A stretch of DNA of 64,000 bases from a bacterium (lineage in GTDB: Bacteria; UBA8248). The stretch spans positions 512,001 to 576,000 of the forward strand of contig CBDBZY010000064.1 of the NCBI GenBank assembly GCA_965213685.1, given 5' to 3'. Both the position numbers and the translations under genes were made by a program. Shown here piece by piece: positions 11,275 through 23,300 of this stretch; position 1 is the first letter of the stretch; each line of letters starts with the position of its first letter. Below the pieces are notes generated by a model that was not told the DNA's origin, did no database searches, and saw only the letters and a list, made by a program, of their open reading frames with translations.

Positions 11275-11441
11275 TTCGTAGTTCCTATTAATGTTATTTG
11301 TCTCAGAATGCACCAGAATTGATTTCAGAGCATGCAAGTAAAAACTTTCCTAGGGAAGCATGCCCCCCGACCGTCCTATAGGTAGGTTGGGCCACCCACA
11401 CGGTCAGCCCCCCCATCCAAAAGCATCTTCTTACGCCCCTG
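11275..11441 (-). mobile_element. hAT-like MITE fragment
   Basis: Ends CTTCTTACGCCCCTG and shares the TCTCAGAATGCACCAG..GATTTCAGAGCATGCA core with 23823-24146. Confidence 0.5.
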
Positions 11442-11849
11442 CGCAACATCGCCGTGCATGGGGTGCCAACTGTGTTGGATAAGGGCGGTGTACATATTAA
11501 AGTATACGGATCAGTCGGAGTGCGATGTTGGCGTTTGTCGTTCGTCCTTCTGTTGTTGTGGCGAAGAGTCAGTACCTGGGAATCAGGTGCTCTCTTTTTA
11601 GGACTCTATCAGCAGATCCTGGAAATTAGGCGAGGCACCGCAACCTGAGAGCGATTGAGGGAGCTACCCCCACAACATGTCAATTAAGGTGGTGGGAAAT
11701 ACCCCAACAAGTATTTGCAGGAGGCTGAACGCGTTACGACGTATGATGTAACAGGTGAAGCAAGGCTGAAGCTAGTTCTAAGTTAAACTTGTAGTACAGC
11801 AAGGCATACTTTGCTAAGGTGCGTGTATTAACTATCACATGGGATCAGT

Positions 11850-12300
11850 GATGCAGGAACTGGACTTCTGTTCCAATTCAGCCGCGGTTCAGGACCACAT
11901 GATTTGAATGAAGGGTTAGGCAGGTACAGGGGCCAGTCTGGCAAAACAGAGTGTACTTTATGTGATACTGAGTGTAAAAGTGTGGTTCATGCCTTGTGGG
12001 AGTGTCCAGCTTATAAAAGAGAGTAGGGATGAATTTATGGACTTGCTAGGAAGAGTTTCAGGACTTCAAATCACTGAGCATTGTTGAGAGGTCTTCTTAT
12101 ATGTTCTTGGTTGTGAGCTTTGGGTGGAGAGATTTGAATTGTTGCTTCCTTTAGTGAAGGAATAAGGAGGAATACATGTCTGATCCAATTTGTGGGAGGT
12201 TAAATTGTATGGAGAACCATGCTTTCCTCAGCCTCAGCCTCAGTCCTCGGCTGGGACTCTGAGCTGAGGGGTGCCACTGTGGACCAAATGAAATTGGTAA
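11850..12300 (+). mobile_element. 3' fragment of another non-LTR retrotransposon (C-terminal zinc knuckle)
   Basis: Reads ECTLCDTECKSVVHALWECPAYK, a CxxC..H..C knuckle typical of LINE ORF2 C-termini. Confidence 0.55.
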
Positions 12301-13228
12301 GGCTGCTAAGTTCCGTCACTCATTTCTTACAGTGAAAGTGACAGGTAAGTTGTATAATAGAAAGGCATTGTGAAAAACTGGCTCCACCCAGATGTCTGGG
12401 TAACTGCGTGGTCAATTGCAGTAAACGTGTACCTGCGTTTCAAACTGTGCATCGACTGTGTGGAACACACACAATAGTATTTACACCGAAAAACAAGAGA
12501 GATACTGGCACTAACAAGAACTCTTTGCTAGATTGCCGGGGAAGGTGGAAATGTATGTCCAACTGGTACTGCCTGCAGCTGAGTACTGGACACGGGCGAA
12601 ATTATTTTAACTCAGCGTGCATGACACTTGTCTGGTTGTCTAAGCCCTCATTTTCCAGGAGGGTCCACCATATAGTAGGAAAGAGGAATGGAGTGCATGA
12701 CTTCCTACGAGGTTTCAGGAAGTATAGTAAAGTTGTGACAGCTGTCCATAGCTTTCTCTGAAGCACGAAATGCGAGGTTGAAAAAGTATGCGTGGGAACG
12801 ACAGTAGGTGAAACATGCAGTGAAATACTTGGTAAGCACTCATTCCTTGATACCAGAACACGCAGCCTTGGGACATGGCAGAATACAACCTTGCGTAATT
12901 CAGGGAGCTTACTTGCATGGCAATGTCTCTACCTATTTCGTTGTAATTCACCGCAAAGGTGCCCCTTACTTGAATTGCAAGCTTCGTGGTAACTTATAGC
13001 TTTATCTGTAGGGCAAGTGTTACTCAGAAATAGCGGTGCTCCTGGAACGAGGAGGAGGTCTCTGTGCTCCGCGGGGAGAACGTGTGTAATTAAGGCGACT
13101 GCTCTGCCTGGAGTCATCGGCAGTGACGGCGGCTGAAACTGCACTATATTGCGAAGACCAGGGTGACACGCCTCACTGTCGACAACGTGAAGATTATCGC
13201 ACTCATTCAGCAGCTACGACCACGCACC

Positions 13229-14281
13229 ATGTCACCAGCTGGACTCGCGCTGTCAGCCCTTCTCACGTTGGGGCTCATGCACAGCCTCTGCTCGCTCCAT
13301 TTACGCTGAGGAAGCCATGGCTGAAGACACTGGGGCTCTACCGCTGTTCGCGTCTGAGGAGCAAATTGTACCCTCGGGAGTTGGTGGAGGTACAGCAGTA
13401 GCAGTGTATGGGAAACAACGTGCCCGTGAGTGTTCCATTCGTCAACGCGGACGTTTGCTCTGTGACGTCTAACCAATGTGGATAGGTATAAAAGATGGAC
13501 GTTGGCGGTACATGTACTAATTTTCTGGGTATCAGCCTCGGTGCAAGGGTGACTGTGGATGTCCGAGTCTGTGACCGTGATTATGTATAGAATGTAGCAC
13601 ATCATATGATTTCCCAGGATTACTAGTATGGCTTTTAAGCTAGCACGCTGCTTATAGTCGCAATGGCAGTTTGATTTTATGAATAAATAATTAGGCAAAC
13701 ACTTCACCGTTCACAACTGAACAACTGGTGTGCTGACAACTTAATCTTGCCTTGGGAAACAACGTGCCCGTGAGTGTTCCATTCGCCAACGTGGACGTTT
13801 GCTCTGTGACGTATAACCAATGTGGATAGGTAAAGATGGACGTTGGCAGTAAGTTCATATGTACTCATTTTCTGGATATCAGCCTCGGTGCAAGGCCAGG
13901 GTGACTGTGGATGTCCAAGTCTGTGACCGTGATTATTATTATAGAACGTAGCACATCATATGATTTTCCAGGCTTACTAGTATGGCTTAAGCTAGCACGC
14001 TGCTTATAGTCGCAATGGCAGTTTGATTTTATGAATAAATAATTAGGCAAACACTTCACCGTCCTTAAGGCATTACAACTGAACAACTTGCTTGCTGACA
14101 ACTTAATCTTGCCTTCCACAGAGATTGGCAATTTGTGCTACACGCCCATCACAAATTACTGTTCTCGAATCAGTCCTCTGGCACTTAAAGTCCCAATTAC
14201 AGTTCCTAAATACCTAACGTAGCAGTGGCCTTTCCCACCACTGATGTGTGTGTTCGGGTTCACCTTCCTCACTGTCGTTAA
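13229..14281 (+). pseudogene. Pseudogene paralog of the secreted 8-Cys protein gene at 34727
   Basis: The start ATGTCACCAGCT and upstream sequence match the region before 34727. It has a frameshift in the signal peptide, in-frame TAG stops (e.g. 13399-13401) and an internal tandem duplication of about 345 bp (about 13409-13753 and 13754-14110). Cys codons are retained. Confidence 0.8.
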
Positions 14282-15195
14282 GTGTATGTATAGACAGTTC
14301 ATGTGTTATGAATTAGTAAGGAACCTCCATAGAGACAATCCATAGCTTAAATTGATGCTGCACATTGTCTTTTGTAATTATTACATGTGTAGGGTATAGG
14401 CAATTACAGGAGAGTAGATGTGCTACTTTTCGGAGATGTACATGCATTTGCTGCTAAAGAAATGTTGTGATGGTCAACTACAATTCAAATCTTCTCCCAA
14501 AGCATGTTATATCTTATGGGTGGGAAATTGGTGGTGCATTATTTGTGTTCACTTTGTGCATGTGGCTTTTGAGCAAGTAGCCTTTGTTTTCTTCTTTTAC
14601 TTTTTCCTATCTATACGTATAATAATTACTATTGTATGCCAACACTATTTCAATAGTAACTGCTTGTTAAATAAGTTCAACCTTTGTGCACATAATCATT
14701 AAACCCAGAACCAATCTCAGTTTATGAGCAGAGTTGTAGCTTAGCTGTTAAAGTTGGAATTTGCTTTACTCAGTAATGTCAGCGTGCATTATGACACACA
14801 ACCATGCATGGTCCTGCCAGGTTAAGTGATAGTCAGAGACGAGCAGGCTGCTCTTGAGATGTCAACGTGTAACATTATAGGGGATTGACAGCTCGCTCTT
14901 TGCAACAAGCTAGGGACAAGTTAGGCCACAGAAGAGCTCCTTAACTAGATCAGTTACAGCTCCAGGTTACAGCTTTCCTTCATCAGCATCCTGCAATGAG
15001 CACTTCAATATTTAGCCTGTCATCCGTGTAATTCGGAAGATTTTTCAAAGTTGATTAAAACAACCAGGTCACCTTACAGTCAAAAGGAATAATGTGTAAG
15101 AGCACAATGCACATTGCTATACAAGAAAGTACATAATTTACCATAATCATCATTTTGCACGCTCAGGTCACACCACCACAATTACAATGTCTCCT

Positions 15196-16330
15196 CTAAT
15201 TCCCAGCTATGAGCTCATAGGTAGGTTCCTGTATCCGAGTTCCAGTTTGTGGTACTGAATGGGAACTGACCAACTTCTGGGAGGGGTCAGCTGTGGAGAG
15301 CTTCTGTCTGAGACTGTGACTGGTGCAGAGCCAGCAGCTCGTACTCATGCTCTAGGTCTCCCTCCTCAGGGTCATGTGATATTACCACTGTAACATTTTC
15401 GTGATTGCTTTAACCAATATTCATTCTATACAGACCTGTGTGGTTATAGGTGTACATGTACTCATATCTGACCTTGTTAAACCAACACTAGCCAAAACGA
15501 CAAAATGAAAGCTAGTGTTTGGTATAACAAGTTTAGACACCAATATTTATGGTTATGTCAGTTGCACATTTGCTCTCTCAACACCTGGCACTGAAGAATG
15601 TGCAAGGAATGTGCAAAAATTAATGTGTAGGATAATTCCTATGAAATGATAATAGGGGATTGAATCACACAGTCCTTAGATCACGAAAACATTCATCCAT
15701 TACTCCGGAGACACCCAGTGTATTGCATATATACATGCATTCTGCCTCAAGAAAGAAGTAAAACTCAGCGTGGGATTGACATATGAAGTCATTCTGTTGC
15801 AACTGAGACAACCATAACAAGGTTAAAACAACTCCCTGTGGGCCTGGTTGCTGGAAGTGGACATGGTAGCATCCTTGGTCACTCCAGCCTCACTACAGAA
15901 GGATTTGAATGATTGCTAGTATGTATAGGGCATATCCAATCCTTACTCACTTCTTTTGACTAAATTTTCTATGTATCTTCAGATGAACTACTACAACCAC
16001 AGCCACACTAATAACTACTGCTATACTGCCATTTCTGCTGCTCCGTCCACTGCACCAGATGTACTGACAGTCTCTGTGGGGGTTACTGTGAGCCTGATAT
16101 TGATGCCATGCCTTTCTACTGCTGACCTAGGAGGTGCAATGCTGTATATAGCACTCTTCTCTCCTGTTAGTAGCCCACACAAGTATCATGTACATGTACA
16201 TGTACATTCCTACCATCAGGTCATTAATCACCACCAGGAACATATGAGTAGCAAAGCCACTCATAAGCTCCTGTCACCATTTTGGGTGGGGTGTGTGGCC
16301 ATATTGTTTGTCTTGAAAAACTCTTCATTC
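15196..16330 (-). pseudogene. Decayed duplicate of the receptor's FN3 + TM + cytoplasmic-tail exons
   Basis: Paralogous to 17390-18040: tail SHDPEEGDLEHEYELL..QEPTYELIAGN*, TM-like IAVVISVAVVVVVHLKIHRKFSQK, and an FN3 remnant. It carries frameshifts and a CACTG element inserted in the tail exon (15386-15836). Confidence 0.75.
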
Positions 16331-17389
16331 AACTGAATGACTTCTATTGAGTGAGTCAGAACACACATGCACTTGAGAGCAGGCAGCCCACCTTCCCTGG
16401 CCCCTGTCTCTTCCTACATTTGCCTGATGGCATGAGTTGTGTGTTGCATGCAGTGTGTGTGGTCAACACTGCTGTGTGTGGCCCCCAGGTGCTGACTCAT
16501 GGAGTCTATACTAAGAACAACTGGTAGTCATACCCATGGCACATCTCCTCTCTGCATCTCTAAGGTACACAATGACTGGTGGGGGTGGAGTGTGTGCATA
16601 TTCGTAGGGAGGTACACAGGTACTAGTGTTGACTGTTTATGTACACAGTGTAGGTACTGTCCAGTAGAGCATGTACACACAGTCAGGATATTAATGAAGG
16701 AGATACAGTAGTGTTTGTGTAAACCCAACCAGTCCTAACATGTACTGCACATCAACGTGCCGTCTCAACCATATTGTGTACTGCAAACAACATGCCATCT
16801 CAAGCTCATGGTATGTGCTGTGTCTCTCTCTAGCAGGAGACAGCGTGGGGCACCTCCACTCGACTAAACCCAGACAACTTGAATGAGGTTCATCTAGTGG
16901 ACCTCTTAGTGGGCCCTGTGACTCTGGAGTACCTGCATGGCACCATATATATAACAGCCCCCCCAATCTTAAAACTATTCCTACACCTATGCCTGGACAG
17001 CCTCCACTCCTACCACCTGCCAGTCAGTGGACACTGCATACTGTTCATACTCTCCCACAGTACACATAAGCAAAGCACACTGAGATCATGTACTCACAAT
17101 GTATTGCTGTATCATCCAATGCTGTGTTTGTGTCTGCTCTCGGCTCTGCAGGAGCTGCACGCTGCATTCGACCACAAGTGCTGAGACACAGATAGACTAG
17201 AACACTTTGTGTTTTAGTTACATCACATGATTGTACCTTGTACAAGTACCTTCAGAATGATAATGCACCATGTTTAACTACAACTAACAGCACACTGATT
17301 ATCTAAGCACTACAAAATTCACACTGTCTTGTACACACCCTAAGATGCAAACTTCAAGTCACAGATCCAATGATGTGTGTTGTGATGAT

Positions 17390-20300
17390 CTACTGCCTAG
17401 CCACGAGTTCATAGGCAGGTTCCTGTGTCCCAGTTCCAGTCTGTGGTATGGCATGGGGACATACATGCTTTTGGGAAGGGTCAGGTGCAGAGGTGTGCTG
17501 TGTCTGTGGCTGGTTCAGGGCCACCAGCTCATACTCATGCCTCTGGCCTCCCTCCTGAGGGTCATGTGATACCACACCATAGGCCAGGTTACTTGATGTG
17601 GACATGGAAACATCACCATTGGCTGCTCTGGTGATCTCACTGCAGAGAGATTTGAGTAATTGCTAGTACGTGTATGTAGGGCATATCCGATCATCCTGAC
17701 TTACCTGTTATGACTAGATTTTCTTCGGGACTTCAAGACAAGAAGAACTACTACAACAACAGCTACACCAATAACTGTAGATACACTAACAGCTACTGCC
17801 ACAGCTACTACTCCACCTAGTACAGCAGAGGTCCTGGTGGTCTTTGTGAAAATATATTGCCTCATTGATACTAGCATAATTAAATAGTTAATGCTGACCT
17901 AAAAGATGGAATCCCACAGCACTCTTCTCCCCTGCTCCAGCTGAGTTTGTAGCCCACAGAAGTACTGAGTATGATCCTATCATCAGGTCATTAATCACCA
18001 CACTGTTTTGCATTGGGTGTGTCGATATATTGTTTGTCTTTGTAGAGTCACTGTAGGTCACTGTGTAGCTGAGGACATGGCCCCTGGCCTCATCAGGTGA
18101 GAGCAGAGCCCACTCCACTCTCACATGAGTACTGTCAAGCACACTGGTACTCAGATGGCCAGGGGCTCTGGGAGCTGGAGCAATGCACAAGTGGACACTC
18201 GGACAATGACCACATACAGTGTTGGCCATCAGCTGCACTCACTCAGCTCCTCAGTGAACACATACTCAGTTGCCCTCCACTCTCCCTCTCCAGCACTGTT
18301 CACTGCAGCCACATACACCCTGTATGGCACTCCACTGTCTGCAAGAGAGGGAAGGGGTAGTCCTTGCAGTGTGAGAGGAAGTGTATCATTGAGAGAGAAG
18401 CTCACCCAGTTGGCTCACTAGCACACTCTGAGCATGAGCTGGGCCACTGGTCATTAGGTACTGTGAGGATGAGTTGACCCACACAAGGTAGTGGGAGGTG
18501 ACTCCATTGGCCAGCTGGACTGGTCCCCAGGTGATGTCCAGACTGGAGCTGTTTACAGTCTTGACGGTAATATATGACACAGGACCTAAACCTACATGTA
18601 TGCATAGTGTGAGATAAATGTGTGTTATACACAATGACATAGTCCTAATAAATTAAGTTACCTGTGAATAGAGCAACCTCAGACGTTTGTCTGCTGCCCC
18701 CACCATCATACTCAGCTACACATGTGTACTGGCCACCATCTGACATTCTGAGAGGCTGAAAATGTAACTCAAGGGTCGTCACATGCCCACCAGTGCTTGT
18801 GTTGAGAGTGTGGCCTGTGGAGTTCCTCCACCTCAGACCACTTAGTTGTTGATCACAGGGCAAATGTACTGTGCATGCCATTGTGTAGGTGTGCCCAACT
18901 ACAGAGACTCCAGAGGACTGGATTTGAAATGCTGTAAAAGAGACCAGTCTTTTACACCCACTTATATCTGTAGAATATAACTCACAGCTATCTCCTGTCC
19001 TGAAACTCTGCACACCACTTACAGACTTGTCTGCTGTGTTGGTGGCCACCACTTGGTACTGGTAGTTGGTGGCTGGCTCCAGGTTGGATAACTGTACTGA
19101 GTAGGTCACATCTGTAACGATGATGTCAGGTCCACTCTTCTGAGGGTAGCTGGTCAGGTTCAGGCTGTCCTGACTGGTCCCATACTCCACCACATAGGTT
19201 TCAGGAGTGTAGGCTATGGAGGGCACTGTCCACTGGATAGTGGCTCTGTTCCCACTTATAGCAATCACTGCAACATTCTGTGGCGGGTGAGGGGCTCTTG
19301 GACCTGCACACATGTGAAGGAGGAATGAGATGTTGAAACTAGCAAATCAGTACTTACCAATTAGTGAGACAAATGCTTGGTCTGTGCGATGAATGTTGTC
19401 AGTTCCTTCCAGGTCAAACCTGCACCAATACCCAATACTGCCATTGATTGTCTCACTCATAATCAGTGTACTGCTACTCCCATTGTCAGTGTGGAACATG
19501 TCACTGACGGGCAGAAATGAACCACCTCCCACTCCTCTTTTCTTCCACTGCCACGTCCTCCTCAGCTGTTCCCTCCCCTCCAGTCCAGTGACCTCCACTG
19601 TGGCAGAGCAGGTGGCAGTGAATGTGTTGTATGGAGGAACGTCAAGTATCCCAGTGGTGGCTGTTGTCATGATAACAGTCACTCTAGGAACTGTAACGAT
19701 GAGCAATATAGCTCATACATGTATGAACAACATGAAGCATTTAGTCATATGAATATATATCTGCCTTGTGGACAGTCTAGTTCACTAACCTGCTACTTGT
19801 AGAGGTGTATTGTTGGATACTCCTGTCTGAGTCCTCAGATATGTGTACTGTGCTGTAGGACTAAGGACTACTTCACAGGAGTAGGTTCCATTATCATTTC
19901 TGTAGCTGAGAGGAGTGAATTTAGTAGTGCAGCGATATAGAGTAGGAGAGAGTCTTTCAGTGTCAGGACAGCTCCTGAAGCTCCGCCCATTCTTCCTCCA
20001 TTCAACAGATACATTCACATGTGTATCAGTCACAGTGAGCAAGGTCACATCACACTGCAGGGTCAGGTTCAGACCAGCATAGAGTATGTCTGGAGCACCT
20101 AATGCTGTGGCAGTCACTGCAGGTGGGGGCACTGGAGAAGAAAGTTTGGTACTACATATAAATCAACACACTTACACACACACACACATTCATGATGACT
20201 CACCTGTGACTAGCACCACCTCAGACGTTTGTCTGCTGCCCCCACCATCATACTCAGCTACACATGTGTACTGGCCACCATCTGACACTCTGAGAGGCTG

Positions 20301-23300
20301 AAAGTGTAACTCAAGAGCAGTCACATGACCACCAGTGCTTGTGTTGAGAGTGCGGCCTGTGGAGTTCCTCCACCTCAGACCACTCAGTTGTTGATCACAG
20401 GGTACATACGTAATGCATTTCATTGTGTAGTTGTGTCCAACTATAGAGTTTTCAGATGACTGGATTTGAAGCAATGCTGTAAAAGAGTATTTGTTATTTA
20501 TTTGCACAAATTGAAACTGTAGGACATAACTTACAACTGCATATATCTCCTGCCCCAAAACTCTGTGCACCACTTGTGGACTTGTCTGCTGTGTTGTTGG
20601 CTACCACTTGGTAGTGGCTGTAGGACTAAGGACTACTTCACAGGAGTAGGTTCCATTATCATTTCTGTAGCTGAGAGGAGTGAATTTAGTAGTGCAGCGA
20701 AATAGAGTTGGAGAGAGTCTTTCAGTGTCAGGACAGCTCCTGAAGCTCCGCCCATTCTTCCTCCATTCAACAGATACATTCACATGTGTATCAGTCACAG
20801 TTAGCAAGGTCACATCACACTGCAGGGTCAGGTTCAGACCAGCATAGAGTATGTCTGGAGCACCCAATGCTGTGGCAGTCACCGCAGGTGGGGGCACTGG
20901 AGAAGAAAGTGTGGTACTATATCAACACACCTATACACACACTAATGATGACTCACCTGTGACTAAAACCACCTCAGATGTTTGTCTGCTGCCCCCACCA
21001 TCATACTCAGCTACACATGTGTACTGGCCACCATCTGACACTCTGAGAGGCTGAAAGTGTAACTCAAGAGCAGTCACATGACCACCAGTGCTTGTGTTGA
21101 GAGTGTGGCCTGTGGAGTTCCTCCACTTCAGACCACTCAGTTGCTCCCCACCAGACACATGTACAGTGCATGTCAGTGTGTAGTGGTGCCCAACTTCAGA
21201 GTGTCCAGAGCTCTGTATATGTAGTGCTGTGTATACTATGATACACAGCTATTCAATATGATGTACACTGCTTATAGAATTGTTGCACAACTTACAACTG
21301 TCTGATGCAAGGAAAGCATGCACACCACTTGCAGTGGACCTGTCTGCTGTGTTGGTGGCCACCACTTGGTAGTGGTAAATGGCTGGTTCCAGGTTGGATA
21401 ACTGCACTGAGTAGGTCACATCAGTAACAGTGATGTCAGGTCCACTGTGCTGAGAGTCACTGGTCAGGTCCAGGCTGTCCCGACTGGTCCCATACTTCAC
21501 CACATAGGTCTCAGGAGTGTAGGCTATGGAATGCACTGTCCATTGGATGGTGGCTCTGTCATTACAGACCTCAGTAACCATCACATTGTACGGTGGTATT
21601 GGGTTAGTAGGACCTATATGTTTGTGTTGTATGGATGTTATTATTGTAGTAAAAGATCAAGACCAGAGAATACATTTCTATTGAGCTCCCTGAAATACAT
21701 CTCTTATCAACGAATTCATAGTGATTCATACCTTGTACTTCCAGAGTTGTTTCATTGTATCCTTGAATACTTCTTTCTGGAATAAACCTAGCTCTACAAC
21801 GATATAGCACTTTCTTCATTGTGTCAGTCTCAGTGGTGGTCAGAATGCTCTGGTAGCCATCCTCAGGGGAGCCCGTTGTCACATACTTAGTGGAAGGAAC
21901 AGCCGAGAAAGATGGTTGATCAGATGAAGCCTCTGCCTTTCGTACCCAGTACACAGTCATCTCCAGAGGAAGAGTCTCCCCCTCAACTTCAGCACTAACA
22001 TTGCAGGTCACTGTGAACTGGTTGTAGGGAGATATATTGAGGATATGAACTGAGGAAGGAGAGGACTCTACCATCACTGACGGAGCTGCAGGAAGAGTGG
22101 GTGGAGGAAATCCTTGTTCATTAGGAATATACCTCACATTTTTGCAACTGTATACAGATACACAGTATGAACTAACCAACCACAGTCAGGTTCATGTCTT
22201 GAGAGGCAGTAGTGGAAGAGAAGGTTCCCTGTAGAGCAAAGACAGTGGCCTCACACTCATACCTTTCACTGTCAGAGGACAGGAGGTGAGTGAAGGACAT
22301 GGTACTCTGAACAAAACCACCAGAACCAACTGGACCAGCAATTATGACTCTGCCAGCGACTCCAATGAACTCACTGCCAGCTTTCAACCACCTCACAGTT
22401 ACACCAACATCACCACCATCCACCACCCCAGTCAACAGAACACCACACACAACAGTGATGTCATTGCCAACATAGGGCACTTTGTTGTTATTGATTCCCA
22501 CACTCAGTGATGGTGGTGGAACTAAAGAAAAGGTATCACAGTTAGCACACAGGAATGAGTAACTACAGTCCATCACTCACTGATAACAGCAACAGTGACA
22601 TTGCCACTCCCCTCAGGAATCTCATCCATAGTGTAGGTAACTGTGCAGGTGTAATCTCCTGCCTGGGAGAGAGTGAGAGGGTTGAGTGTGTGTTGGCTGG
22701 TGTAGGTACTGCCACTGCCCACCACACTCCCAGTGGTGGAGAGACCTGGCCCCTCCCACTGGACAGTGGGTGTCTCTAACACTCCAGTGGGGAGGGTAAT
22801 GGTGCAGGTGAGGGTGAGGGAGGAGCCAGCTGTGGCTGAGTCTTGGGCTGTTACAGTCACTGTGGGAGATGTAGCTAGAGGAATAGAAGCATTTTAAAAG
22901 TGGATTAGGTTCATGTGAACAAAAAATGATAAAAGTACAAGTTGCAGTTTGCCGAGGGCGGACATGATCACGTGATACACGCTCTTAGAAAGTTAAGCGC
23001 CTACCTCCTATTCAGGTTGGCTCTCCGTTTTCGTAGCAAGAGCATGCAAGACATACATATCTTTCAATAGCTCTGATTGAGCCAAACACGAATACTGCGT
23101 GAACCCTGTTGAACCCCTAGGTCGCTGAAGAGATACAGCCGTTTGAAATTTAGACAGCCGTATCTCTCTGTTCCCTCCGGGGAAGGGAACAGTACGGTTA
23201 GGATGAGAATGGTCGAGCCTACAGCATAATCCTTGATTACGATATCGGCTGCTCCTACACTGTAGCAATCCAGGTGCGGGTTCACTTTTATGTACATACG

